Numbered from the stretch's first letter, positions 10,312 to 19,890 are shown. The stretch: DNA of 64,000 bases from Abditibacterium sp. (GCA_965199495.1 CBDASK010000003.1:1184001-1248000), one strand, 5' to 3'. Notes: generated by a model from the letters alone, not told the origin. Made by a program: numbers and translations.

Positions 10312-10575
10312 TTCAGCGAAGGATTTTCGATTTCAAAACTTACACCTATCACTCCTCTGCGAGAGCGATATCAGAAGTTGAATAGCTTTTGAGTCGGCTT
10401 CTCAAGACGAAAGGTTTGTATATACACTTGGCATCTATAGTGAGGGAGATTTTCCGTTGCCATGCGCCCCCTCGACTTTGACGATCTGATTTAAGTGCGT
10501 TTGTTTATTTTACATCATGCACATTTGAAAGACATTGACTCTCTTCAAATCAGCTCTTTTGAACCTCAAACAATT

Positions 10576-10956
10576 ATGACAATACTACTTTCGATCAAGC
10601 CTGAGTTCGCCGAGAAAATTTTTGCTGGCTCGAAACGATACGAGTTCCGCCGCAGTATATTTAAGCGTTCTGTCACGAAAGTCGTGATTTACGTGACGGT
10701 GCCAGTTGCTATGGTTTTAGGTGAGTTCGTGATAGAAAAAGTGCTGCACGAAGAGGTGGAGCAGTTGTGGAAACAAACTGCCGCACATGCAGGAATAGAA
10801 GAGGAATTCTTCTATTCCTACTTCGCAGAAAAGGAAAAAGGATATGCAATCAAAATTGGTGAAGTTACTCGTTATCCAACGCCTTTTAACTTGCAAGAAA
10901 AATTTGGAGTCAATGCCCCTCAATCCTTTCTTTATATTCATCCCAATGATACATAG
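10576..10956 (+). CDS. ASCH domain protein
   Basis: MTILLSIKPEFAEKIFAGSKRYEFRR (GxKxxExR); ends APQSFLY; ATG at 10576 preferred over the ORF-track start. Confidence 0.9.
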   Translation: MTILLSIKPEFAEKIFAGSKRYEFRRSIFKRSVTKVVIYVTVPVAMVLGEFVIEKVLHEEVEQLWKQTAAHAGIEEEFFYSYFAEKEKGYAIKIGEVTRYPTPFNLQEKFGVNAPQSFLYIHPNDT

Positions 10957-11110
10957 TCCGCAAATTAAATCCGCCCGACTGTTTTGCAATTAATTAATTT
11001 CATACACAATAAAAATAGATTCTGTCGTCTTTTATTTAGCTCGGTCTTCTTTTCTAATTCGTATTGAATACTTGTGCGCTATTATTTTCGCGTATTTTAC
11101 TTTTTGGTGC

Positions 11111-11608
11111 ATGAACACCAACACATCACCTCACGAACTCGACACAACCACCGACAACCCCAACAGCGAAACCGCTAATATACGTCCACGCGCAGAATGG
11201 GACGAAGACGAGATTTTCGACGGGCGCCCCAAATCCCCAACCATCCAGATTCTCGTCGTGCCGCCCGGCGCCGCGCCCTACCCGCACACGCTCGACAATT
11301 CTCTCGAAGCCATGCAGCAGCTTATCGGCGGCAACGTCACCTCGTTCGACATCGGCGTCTTTGACACGGTCGGCATCGCCCACGACGAGGGCCTACTGCT
11401 GAAGCTCCCGCCCAACCGCCTGATTCCCGCCACGGGCGCCATCATCTTCGGCACCTTTTTCATCGCGGGCAGCGGCATCAACCTGCACTCTTTGACACCG
11501 GAGCAGATGGCCGAAGCCGCCAAGCTCTTAGAGCATCCGTTGCGACTCCAACAACTCGCCCAGCTTTTGCAACGGGAGCGTGCGGAGTTCGACGGCACGA
11601 ACGACTGA
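11111..11608 (+). CDS. DUF3846-like protein
   Basis: ILVVPPG..PY...DNSLEAMQQLIGG...DEGLLLKLPPNR...IFGTFFIAG...SLTPEQ. Confidence 0.75.
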   Translation: MNTNTSPHELDTTTDNPNSETANIRPRAEWDEDEIFDGRPKSPTIQILVVPPGAAPYPHTLDNSLEAMQQLIGGNVTSFDIGVFDTVGIAHDEGLLLKLPPNRLIPATGAIIFGTFFIAGSGINLHSLTPEQMAEAAKLLEHPLRLQQLAQLLQRERAEFDGTND

Positions 11609-11624
11609 CACCGCACCCAATAGC

Positions 11625-11654
11625 GAGGCCCGACTCTGAATTGAGTCGGGCCTC
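11625..11654 (+). terminator. Intrinsic terminator hairpin
   Basis: GAGGCCCGACTC-tgaatt-GAGTCGGGCCTC, 12-bp stem followed by ATTT, just after the DUF3846 stop. Confidence 0.7.
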
Positions 11655-11826
11655 ATTTGTATCCGCCAGTGGCTCTCCTTGCCGCGCGATAGCGTTTCCC
11701 TTGCGCTCTCGTTGTCGTTCGGCTGCACCAACGCCCAAGCGAACTCAAGCGGCTTTCTTCTTTTCACGAACATCACTGTGAGTTCTCCTCTTTGGAGAGA
11801 GTTTTCAGGTAAGATTATAAACATTC

Positions 11827-12444
11827 ATGAAGCCATTACTCTTCCTCGCCTTCTGTTCAACAGTCGTCAGCACAGCGGCTGTGGCTCAAACTCCAAATGT
11901 GATCCCCGGCAAGAGCTTGGGAAAGATTCGGATCGGCGACACTCCGGCACAAGTCCATAAGTCTTTGGGAAAGCCCACGGCGACAGTTCGTTTCAAAAGC
12001 GGCATCATAGACGATGTTTACAAGTCAAAGCAAACTCGCAAAAATTGGAGAGACGAAATCGTTCGAGACAAGGTTGAGGTTCTTTACCGCGCCGGACGGG
12101 TAATTCAGATCGAGGCAACTTCCCCTATTTTCAAAACTGGCAACGGGATTTCCACCAACAGCACAACCGACACAATACAAAATAGCTCTTTCAATTGGCG
12201 CTATTTTATCTACACCTACATTGGCCCAGAAGATTCCGCCGCAAATTACTTCTACTTCACCGATTTGAAACAGGGGCTAACTATCGAATTCGAGGGCTGG
12301 CAAGAGAATCTGTTCCGCCGCTCGAAGCCAACGACTATCATCGTTCACCGCCCCAAAACGCGTGTAATTCCAGACGCAGGTGGCGTTCTGACAACGGAAT
12401 CCACTGATTCAAGTGTTGTCATGTCAGAGTTCGATAACGATTGA
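11827..12444 (+). CDS. Exported hypothetical protein
   Basis: Signal peptide MKPLLFLAFCSTVVSTAAVA-Q; IPGKSLGKIRIG...LGKP. Confidence 0.7.
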   Translation: MKPLLFLAFCSTVVSTAAVAQTPNVIPGKSLGKIRIGDTPAQVHKSLGKPTATVRFKSGIIDDVYKSKQTRKNWRDEIVRDKVEVLYRAGRVIQIEATSPIFKTGNGISTNSTTDTIQNSSFNWRYFIYTYIGPEDSAANYFYFTDLKQGLTIEFEGWQENLFRRSKPTTIIVHRPKTRVIPDAGGVLTTESTDSSVVMSEFDND

Positions 12445-12494
12445 GAGGAGCGTTCTAAGTCGTCTAATATCTGCCAATCTACTCCAAACGGAGA

Positions 12495-12995
12495 TCATCC
12501 AAACAATTTCCGGTCGAACGCCCGATAATTAATCGCTTCGGCGACGTGGTGCATCTCGATATTCTCGGCGCCCTCCAAGTCCGCAATCGTGCGCGAAACT
12601 TTCAATATCCGGTCGTAACCGCGCCCGCTCAATCCGAACTGCGAAATCGCCGTCTTGAGCAAATCTTTGGTCGCCCCGTCCATCTCGCAAAACTCGCGCA
12701 GTTCTTTGGCTTTCATGCGCGCGTTGCAAGTCGCGCTCGACTCTTTCATGCGCGCCGTCTGTTGCGCCCGCGCACTCTGCACGCGGCGCCGAACTGTTGC
12801 CGAACTTTCGCCGGTGCGCTTGCCCATCAGTTCTTCGCTCGAAAGTCGCGGCACTTCGATGTGGATATCTATTCGGTCGAGCAACGGGCCACTTATTCTG
12901 GATAGATAGCGCCGGATTTGCGGTGCGGTGCAGGTGCAGGGCTTTTCCGATGGGCTTCCGGTCGGCGTTCCCCCCAGCAGGAAACCGCACGGACA
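12495..12995 (-). pseudogene. comM: 3' half of interrupted ComM/YifB Mg-chelatase-like AAA ATPase
   Basis: Frame reads CPCGFLLGG...CTC..QIRRYLSRISGPLLDRIDIHIEVP...LSGRGYDRILKVSRTIADL...HVAEAINYR. The expected upstream AMNP is absent and an in-frame TGA lies at 13010-13008. Confidence 0.9.
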
Positions 12996-13012
12996 CCAAC
13001 GCCAACTTCAGC
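12986..13012. mobile_element. Probable attachment-site junction of an island inserted in comM
   Basis: comM homology stops abruptly at 12995-12997, immediately before the CPCG codons; foreign sequence follows. Confidence 0.7.
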
Positions 13013-13068
13013 TCATGGAAACCGTAGTTTGACGTTTAATTTGGACAAAATCCACTAATATAGTCGGC

Positions 13069-13707
13069 TTAATTTGTGAGTTCAATGGGACGAAAATAGC
13101 CCAAAATGCAGCTCACGTCGCGCACACAGATTTGCGTGTGATTGAACTCATTTATGCCCGCGCCTTCATAAATAGGAGCGCCCTCCACAAAGGGGCCGCG
13201 CACGGTGTTATATACCGGCAAACCAATCTGTTCCCGAATTTGGTGTAGTAGATTAGTCACCGCGCAGTCCAGTTCGCGTTTCCGCAAACTTTTACCATTT
13301 GTAGGTAATGTCACGCCACGAACGCGCGAGAGTTCGGCCAATTCGTCGTAAGAAATTTTCAGTTGCGCAATGGCACTGCTGTCGGCCAAATCAAAGCAGC
13401 GTTTCATGTTGAGAACTGCGCCTAATACAAAAGGTCTGGCAATTTCTCCGCGCGAATTGTGCCCACCTGCGGCCCGCTCCTGCGCGAATTGAAGTGCGCG
13501 CAATGGATTCCTTTCCCAGAAATAAACACCCGAACCGAGCCAGTCATAGTCATTGCGGCTGAATTCAAGGTGGGGCGTCTCTCCATTCAAAATCGCTTCG
13601 CCAACGCTTTCATCACAACCATGAAATCCGATGATGGGCGAAGGCAGAAACTCGTAATTCGCCCAACGCGTAAGGTCATCTGACTCGGTGTTTCCCAACA
13701 GACTCAT
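13069..13707 (-). CDS. Putative ADP-ribosyltransferase-fold protein (candidate toxin)
   Basis: IGFHGC...NDYDWLGSGVYFWE...RALQFA...HTQICVR, an H-G / G-x-Y / terminal Q-strand pattern. Confidence 0.55.
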   Translation of the reverse strand: MSLLGNTESDDLTRWANYEFLPSPIIGFHGCDESVGEAILNGETPHLEFSRNDYDWLGSGVYFWERNPLRALQFAQERAAGGHNSRGEIARPFVLGAVLNMKRCFDLADSSAIAQLKISYDELAELSRVRGVTLPTNGKSLRKRELDCAVTNLLHQIREQIGLPVYNTVRGPFVEGAPIYEGAGINEFNHTQICVRDVSCILGYFRPIELTN

Positions 13708-13991
13708 CGCTGAAGTGCCTCATGGGACTGGGCCGGGTCAGAACTCTCCGAGCCGTTCGAGTGCGAACCGTTTATGTTGGCTTGTGCCTCTTCTTGCTCT
13801 TCTCGGCGCTGTTGCTCCATCATCTCGTAGTAGCCGATATTACGCAGCATTTGCTCCGCATAAGCGGGATCTTTCTGTGCGCGCTCGCGAAAACGCTCGG
13901 CAGCGAGGGCGAAACGCTCGGCTTCCTCTCGCGGAGAAAGTAATGGGCCGCTCTGGTAAGCGGTGTTGGGCAGAGATTTGTTTTGAGTCAT
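13704..13991 (-). CDS. Small hypothetical protein (candidate antitoxin)
   Basis: 95 aa, charged and helical; ATGA overlap with the downstream gene. Confidence 0.55.
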   Translation of the reverse strand: MTQNKSLPNTAYQSGPLLSPREEAERFALAAERFRERAQKDPAYAEQMLRNIGYYEMMEQQRREEQEEAQANINGSHSNGSESSDPAQSHEALQR

Positions 13992-14085
13992 AGTCTTCTC
14001 CTTGCATTATCTGTCTTTCAGTATAAACCTTGCTTGACAACGCGCCTACTTACCCAAAGTTGCCTTCTTGTCGGGTGAAAACGCA

Positions 14086-14154
14086 GAATCGGGAAAAGTC
14101 AAACGGTCGGTTGCTGTGGAAGGCGAAGAGTGCATCCGATGCAATCGGCGCGCA
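14086..14154. repeat. Diverged direct repeat, copy A (partner at ~26070-26137)
   Basis: Identical 20-mer GAAGGCGAAGAGTGCATCCG at 14119-14138 and 26103-26122, with flanking similarity. Confidence 0.85.
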
Positions 14155-14559
14155 GATATTGGAACGCACAGTTGGGCTTCAACGCGGTTGAACATCTGCC
14201 TAGCAAGTCACATGAATTTTCAAAACTCATGGACAAACTACGATTTGAGAAAGAAATTTCGAGAACGGTTTCTGGGAAATTTGGCCAACGTTTAATCAAT
14301 GGCTATTCCTGTTTGGTGCGAATGTTTCTTACAAATGGACGTTTTTGATAATGTGCGAAGAGGCTGTTTAGGTCGAGGAACTGCGTCCTACGAGCCTTTT
14401 GACAAGGGCTGGCAACTCTTCTGGATTCACGGGTTTGGGCAGATGACTTTGAAAGCCCGCCCGCAGAGCTTTTGCCGTGCCGTAGCGCCACGCAGAGCGC
14501 CGTTTTTCTGCTTCTCCAGAAGTGAACCCGTTCTGGCAACCAAATTCGCCCACTGCCAA

Positions 14560-14598
14560 AAACAAGAAAACCCGCGATATTCGCGGGTTTTCTTGTTT
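14560..14598. terminator. Bidirectional intrinsic terminator
   Basis: AAACAAGAAAACCCGCGA-tat-TCGCGGGTTTTCTTGTTT, 18-bp perfect stem downstream of the DUF4142 gene. Confidence 0.8.
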
Positions 14599-14611
14599 GA
14601 TGTTTTATCAA

Positions 14612-15253
14612 TTACAGCATCTTGCCATGGAGAAAGTTTTTGCAGTGAACAACGTGTTCTTTGAAGGTGGCCAGTGTGAGCATAGCCAGGTGGCGTCCAT
14701 GCATTTCCGCCATGCTGGTGTGGTTCTTGGAATTGGCAAGGTAAGAGTTGGCCAGGTCGCGCAAGAATTCGTGGTTGGCGAGTTGGGCTGTCATATACGC
14801 CTTGTCGAATTCGGCACCTTTGGGCGTGCTCTTGATTTTTGCGAGGGTGGCTTTGGCGGCGGCGCTCATCGGGGGAACAGGGGTTTTCAGCTCTTTGAGA
14901 ACTGTTGTCACGCCAATCGCCTCGCGCAGTTCAAAGTTGGCGAATTCCAATGCGGCAGGACTGGTCGCTTTATCTACGGCGATTTGACTGGTCGCCAATG
15001 ACAGCATCGCGGGGCCAATCACGCCTTTGCGGAAATCGGCTTCGCTGATGGCTTTGGGGGCCATCATCGGGTAATCGTGGCCAGTATCAGCTTCGGGTTG
15101 CTTGGGCATCGTCGCAGCCTGCGCGGAAGTGGGCAACAGTTGAAGTGCCGCAAGTCCAGCTCCGGCAAGCGCCGCACGCGACAGGAGGGTGCGACGACTG
15201 AGGGCCTCGGTAGAAGTTTCGGGGAGGATCGTGGATTTGAGTTTTGTGTTCAT
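14612..15253 (-). CDS. Tat-exported DUF4142 (ferritin-like) protein
   Basis: Twin-arginine signal LSRRTLL...AQA; SQIAVDKA...FA...GAEFDKAYMTAQLANH. Confidence 0.8.
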   Translation of the reverse strand: MNTKLKSTILPETSTEALSRRTLLSRAALAGAGLAALQLLPTSAQAATMPKQPEADTGHDYPMMAPKAISEADFRKGVIGPAMLSLATSQIAVDKATSPAALEFANFELREAIGVTTVLKELKTPVPPMSAAAKATLAKIKSTPKGAEFDKAYMTAQLANHEFLRDLANSYLANSKNHTSMAEMHGRHLAMLTLATFKEHVVHCKNFLHGKML

Positions 15254-15594
15254 CTGAGAAAGACTTCATGCAAGTGTTACTCCATAGTCCACGCGTTATT
15301 ACCCCTGAAATACCTCGCTATTACTCAGTTTTTCGCATGAATGATTCAGAAGCTCGCAATGAACACAGCCATAGTGAAGCGATTTTGTCTATTTCTCACT
15401 TCAATCCGATTTGGTTCACGGAAAAGCGAAGGCTCCACTTGGTTTTATAAAGCCGTGCAACAACATATGATGAAACAGCCGCGATAGTCTTGTGTGGTTT
15501 TACTGATTCGAGCCTACGACATAACACAATTCCAGTTTTGGAGAACAGCAAAAGTGAAATTATAACGGTTCGGAAAACGATAGTGCGTATTAAG

Positions 15595-15684
15595 CGTTGC
15601 GAACCGCGAGCGTGGGCGACCGGCCAAGTTAAAGAGCCAAGAAACTTCGACTTAGCCGGTCGCTCACGCTCGCGGTTCGCAACG
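15595..15684. repeat. REPIN-like inverted repeat doublet
   Basis: 35-bp arms 15595-15629 and 15650-15684 (CGTTGCGAACCGCGAGCGTG(G/A)GCGACCGGC...), 2 mismatches, 20-nt spacer. Confidence 0.75.
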
Positions 15685-15842
15685 ACTACAGAGAGACAGT
15701 AGTTTTCGGAACCGCTATAAACGCTGCTTATCATGCGCTGCACGAACTAAAGCGTCATTATCGCTGCTCGAAATAAGCGAGGCAACGCGCGGGTTTGTCG
15801 AATCCGCCGCCATCGAGCGCGCCGGTTGCTGTGGGCCGTTTT

Positions 15843-16955
15843 TCAATCGGGCATTTCGTCAATGGAAGTCGGTTCGATGCGCGGTTGTTGGTTCATCTCG
15901 TGGCGGAACTTGGTCGAGGCTTCGTAAACCTTGACGCGCACGCGTTGGATGGAACCGAGCGGGCGATGCGCGGGCAAGGTGTGCCATGGGTTGAACGATA
16001 ATTTCTCGTCCACGAAAACGCGGCGCGCCGGAGTGTAGGCTTGTTGCGCGGGAATCACGATTTTGGCGACCGGCAAATATGGACTGACTTTTTCGTCCCA
16101 TTCGACCGACGCGTCTTCGACCGGCATCTTTTCCAGGTCGGTGCAAAGCTGAACGCCGATTTCGTATTCGGCGCCGTTGTTTTGGAAAAACTCGGTGACG
16201 AGATGCAGCAAAACCGACGCGTCGCTGGCATCAACGTGCGCGCCGACGAGCGGTTGCAACGAATCGGACAAAGGTTTGGCGTTGATTTTGGCGATGTAAT
16301 CGCCGTAGCGATGCGCCGCCATGCTGAAAAAAGTCTCGCCCAGAATGTGGGTTTGCGGCTTGTTGGAGCCGACCACATCGGGCGTGATTTCGCCGCCCAC
16401 TTTCATCACCGCTTCGTTGACGGTTTTCATCGCTTTGGAAGCCAGCGTGGTGGCTTCTTCGGGCAAACCGGCTTTTTTCTCTTGGCTGAGTTGCGCCTTG
16501 AGATAAGTCGCCACGTCACCCGCTGGAATGGTCGGATGGTTCACCAACAGAAAGTCCTGCGTCAAAGCGTCGCGCTCGGCTTCGAGAACTTTCTCGCCCT
16601 CGACGCCAATCGCTTTAATCGAGATGCCGCGAAACGCCGAAACCGCGTCCGATTGAATATCGCCGGGCGCCGTCGAAAAGCGCACGATAATCGGATACGT
16701 GCGCGCTTGCGCGAACAATCCCTGCGCCAGATGTTGCGGCAAATTGTCGTAGATTTGCAGTTCGCCTTTGAGCGCGCCGTGACTTTTGGCGTGCGCGTCG
16801 CGTTGGGCGTGACGGTCTTTTTCAAAAACCATCTGGCGCACGCGGTCGAACGAGGCGACGGTCTGTTGCACCAGAGTTTCTTCTTCGGGTTGCACCTGCT
16901 CGACATCGTCGGAGTAGCGCACATAATGGGTGGAATTTGCGTTGAAATCGGACAT
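15843..16955 (-). CDS. Catalase-related heme protein
   Basis: RDAHAKSHG, IVRFST, DFLLVN, LSFNPWH...HRPLGSIQRVRVKVY; start MSDFNAN at 16955. Confidence 0.88.
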   Translation of the reverse strand: MSDFNANSTHYVRYSDDVEQVQPEEETLVQQTVASFDRVRQMVFEKDRHAQRDAHAKSHGALKGELQIYDNLPQHLAQGLFAQARTYPIIVRFSTAPGDIQSDAVSAFRGISIKAIGVEGEKVLEAERDALTQDFLLVNHPTIPAGDVATYLKAQLSQEKKAGLPEEATTLASKAMKTVNEAVMKVGGEITPDVVGSNKPQTHILGETFFSMAAHRYGDYIAKINAKPLSDSLQPLVGAHVDASDASVLLHLVTEFFQNNGAEYEIGVQLCTDLEKMPVEDASVEWDEKVSPYLPVAKIVIPAQQAYTPARRVFVDEKLSFNPWHTLPAHRPLGSIQRVRVKVYEASTKFRHEMNQQPRIEPTSIDEMPD

Positions 16956-17052
16956 AATCGGGGCGAAATCAATCGCATATCGAAGGCCAAAAAATCGTCG
17001 AACCATGCGCCGCAAATTTTTCGAGGGAAAGCCCGCATTTGGCTGGCGGCCT

Positions 17053-17727
17053 TTACCCTTCGGTGGCTTCTTCCAACTCGTCTTTGGGTTCTTGTCCCGC
17101 TTTGAATTTGGGTTTCATCGGCGGCACCAAGTAACCCAGTATTATTAGCGCGCTGAGGCCGATGCCGAGGCGCCAATTGACCCACGCCGTCAAAGCGGCG
17201 CCAATCAGGAGAGCCGCCGCCGTCAGCGCGTATTTGAGCGTCAGACTGCTCACATATTGAGCAGTCAAACGCGGATCGAGTAAGTCTTGGCGGGTCGCGT
17301 AAATCCATCGAAGCAGCCACGCCAGAGCGGGCAAGGCCAGCAGACACGCGTAAACGGTGGCGGCGGTCGGGATGTTGAACGGATCACTCAAATGCTCGAT
17401 GAAGGGCCGCACCGGAAAAGGCGTTATGCTGACCGACGCCAGAAATAACACGGTCAGCAGGTTAAAGCCGTGATCGGTTTTTTTGACGATCTTGCCGCTA
17501 AAATGAGAGTGCGCCCAGTAAAGCCCGATGACGATGCAACTGAGCGCATAGGCGAAATAATCCGGGGTCAGTTCGGCGTAGGCTTTGGCCAAGTCGCCGC
17601 CGCTTTTTACTTTGGGCGCGTGAAGTTCGGTGATTGGTAGCGTGATGGCAATGGCCAAAACGGCGTCGCTAAACGCTTCGAGCCGGTCGGTTTTTCGTTC
17701 CGTGCTGGCGGTGTCAGATGGATTCAT
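17053..17727 (-). CDS. TMEM175 (DUF1211) family potassium channel
   Basis: RLEAFSDAVLAIAITL signature; multiple TM segments. Confidence 0.9.
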   Translation of the reverse strand: MNPSDTASTERKTDRLEAFSDAVLAIAITLPITELHAPKVKSGGDLAKAYAELTPDYFAYALSCIVIGLYWAHSHFSGKIVKKTDHGFNLLTVLFLASVSITPFPVRPFIEHLSDPFNIPTAATVYACLLALPALAWLLRWIYATRQDLLDPRLTAQYVSSLTLKYALTAAALLIGAALTAWVNWRLGIGLSALIILGYLVPPMKPKFKAGQEPKDELEEATEG

Positions 17728-17795
17728 CTTTGATTAAATTGTGCGAACTTTGGCTGATACATCGCCAGCATAAATTGGAATTTTAGCGAAAAAAA

Positions 17796-17822
17796 GGCGC
17801 GCGTCAGAGTTTGACGCGCGCC
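17796..17822 (-). terminator. Intrinsic terminator
   Basis: GGCGCGCGTCA-gagtt-TGACGCGCGCC preceded by an A tract (U tract on the minus strand). Confidence 0.75.
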
Positions 17823-17861
17823 CATCAAATTATAGTGCACTTGGAGGCGCTTGCTCTGTTT

Positions 17862-18257
17862 TTACAAAGCGTTCGCGCCCGCCTGCGCCACGGCCTGATC
17901 TTGCTCACCAGTGCCGCCGCTCACGCCGATGGCGCCGATAATTTCGCCGTCGCGTTTGAGCGGAATGCCGCCCGCGAAAATCATCACTCGTCCGCCGTTG
18001 GAAACGTGAATGCCGTAGAAATCCGCGCCCGGTTGCGCCAGTTGCGACAATTCTTGGGTCGAAATATCGAAGCTGCGCGAAGTCCACGCTTTGTCAATGG
18101 CGATTTGAATGCTGCCTTGCCACGCATTCTCCATGCGCGCAAACGCCAGCAAATGTCCGCCGCCACAAACCACGGCGATGTTGGAAGGTTGACCGAGTTC
18201 CTCGGCCTTTTGCTGCGCCGCTTCGATGACGCGGCGCGCGTCGTTTAGGGTAATCAT
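17862..18257 (-). CDS. GlcG/HbpS-family heme-binding protein
   Basis: IAVV..GGHLLAFARM...IAIDKAWTS...FAGGIPL..DGEIIGAIGVSGG...QD. Confidence 0.9.
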   Translation of the reverse strand: MITLNDARRVIEAAQQKAEELGQPSNIAVVCGGGHLLAFARMENAWQGSIQIAIDKAWTSRSFDISTQELSQLAQPGADFYGIHVSNGGRVMIFAGGIPLKRDGEIIGAIGVSGGTGEQDQAVAQAGANAL

Positions 18258-18342
18258 GGGAAAAAAATTGAGAACGCGGGCATCGCGCACTTTTAGGATT
18301 GGTGCGCCTAAAAGCGCGTGATGCCCGCGCCCAAAGTTGAAT

Positions 18343-19500
18343 TTATGCAGACATTTCTGGCTTCAAAATGACTTTTGTCCAGCCTTCGTCGCGGTTGTCG
18401 AAGTGTTTGTAGGCGTCGGGCGCTGCTTCGAGCGGCAGGCGGTGCGACACCAAAAACGAGGGTTTGGCTTTGCCGCCGGTAATCAGTTGCGCCAGACGGC
18501 GGTTGTAACGTTTCACGTCGGCTTGGCCGCTGCCCATCGAAAGACCTTTCTGGAAAAACATTCCCATGTCGAACTCGATCAAACCTTCTTTGGTCAACTC
18601 GTCTGGGCCGTTGGGGTCTTTGGGCACATACAGTCCGACGACGCCGATGGCGCCAGCGACTTTGACCGAGCGCACCAGATTATTCAGCGTGAGATTGGCC
18701 TGTTCGTTGTCTTTGTGATGGTGTCCGGGTTCGTGGCACTGCCAGCCGACGCATTCGGCGCCCCGGTCGGCGCCCAGACCTTTGGTCATCTCGTTGACGG
18801 CTTCGACCGGATCGACCTTGGAAAAGTCAACCGGAATCGCGCCGATGCTTTCGGCTAATTTCAGGCGGTCGGGATGTTCGTCCACGATGTAAACGCTGGC
18901 CGCGCCGCGCAAAACCGCCGAATAAGCTGCCATTAAACCGACCGGGCCGGCGCCGTAAATCACGATGCTTTCGCCCGGCAGCAAGCCCGACATTTCGACT
19001 GCGTGATAACCGGTGGGCCAAATATCGGCGAGCATCACGTAATCGTCTTCTTTGTCCTGCGCGTCTTCGGGCAAAATCAAGCAGTTGAAATCGCCGTAAG
19101 GCACCTGAAGATATTCGGCCTGTCCGCCCTCGAACGAGCCAGCGTCGGCGTAGCCGTAGGCCGCGCCCGCGCTACCGGGATTGTTGGTCAGACAAAAGTT
19201 GGGCAGACCTTTTTCGCAGTTGGCGCAGTATCCACAGCCGATGTTAAACGGCAAACAAACGCGGTCGCCGACTTTAACTTTCTGTACGGCGGGGCCAATT
19301 TCGACCACGACGCCCAAGTTTTCGTGGCCGATGATGCGGCCTTTTTCCAGCGAGGTGCGACCTTCATACATGTGCAGGTCGGAGCCGCAAATGTTGGTCG
19401 AAGTGATTTTGACCAACACATCGGTCGGCGCTTTGATTTGTGCGTCGGGCACATTTTGGACGGAAACGTCGCAAGGCCCATTGTAAACGAGTGCTCTCAT
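18343..19500 (-). CDS. Glutathione-independent formaldehyde dehydrogenase-like Zn dehydrogenase
   Basis: ICGSDLHMY, GHENLG, CGYCANC..C, GGQAEYL.VPY.DFN, GAGPVG. Confidence 0.88.
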   Translation of the reverse strand: MRALVYNGPCDVSVQNVPDAQIKAPTDVLVKITSTNICGSDLHMYEGRTSLEKGRIIGHENLGVVVEIGPAVQKVKVGDRVCLPFNIGCGYCANCEKGLPNFCLTNNPGSAGAAYGYADAGSFEGGQAEYLQVPYGDFNCLILPEDAQDKEDDYVMLADIWPTGYHAVEMSGLLPGESIVIYGAGPVGLMAAYSAVLRGAASVYIVDEHPDRLKLAESIGAIPVDFSKVDPVEAVNEMTKGLGADRGAECVGWQCHEPGHHHKDNEQANLTLNNLVRSVKVAGAIGVVGLYVPKDPNGPDELTKEGLIEFDMGMFFQKGLSMGSGQADVKRYNRRLAQLITGGKAKPSFLVSHRLPLEAAPDAYKHFDNRDEGWTKVILKPEMSA

Positions 19501-19530
19501 TGTTAGTTTTTTCCTCGGAGCGATTGGCTC

Positions 19531-19890
19531 CTATTTCATCTCTTCGTCGCGAGTGAGCGTGCCCGCCAAAACGCCAAACAATCCGATCAGCAGAAAGGCG
19601 TTGCGGGCACGCGAGTTGTTGGAAAATCCGAGCAGCCACGGCGCGCCCAGCGCGGTCAGGCCGCCGAGCAAATCGAGCAACAGATGAATTTTGAGCGGCA
19701 TCACGCGAATGAAACCCCACTCGGCGCGGGTGAAAATGCTCGAAATTAAAATCGTGGAAGTCAAAACGCGCGTCATCAATACGGCTTTGGGTTCGTCGTC
19801 AAAGCCCAAAACTTTGGGCGCAATCGAGACGGCGGCGATGTAGGGATAGTCGGTGAAAGCGTGACCAGCACGGGAAATCGGTTTTTTCAT
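19531..19890 (-). CDS. Small membrane protein (SPW-repeat-like)
   Basis: H...DY...AP..LGF; HLLLD....APWLLGF; four hydrophobic segments. Confidence 0.7.
   Translation of the reverse strand: MKKPISRAGHAFTDYPYIAAVSIAPKVLGFDDEPKAVLMTRVLTSTILISSIFTRAEWGFIRVMPLKIHLLLDLLGGLTALGAPWLLGFSNNSRARNAFLLIGLFGVLAGTLTRDEEMK

Noticed and set aside
14068..14295. 4Fe-4S ferredoxin gene (EECIRCNR)
   Set aside because: Third and fourth cysteines are absent and there is no good start; kept only as one reading of the direct repeat.
18275..18329. Long imperfect hairpin upstream of the GlcG gene as a riboswitch
   Set aside because: Simple stem with no recognisable aptamer; more likely a terminator or stabiliser after the dehydrogenase gene.
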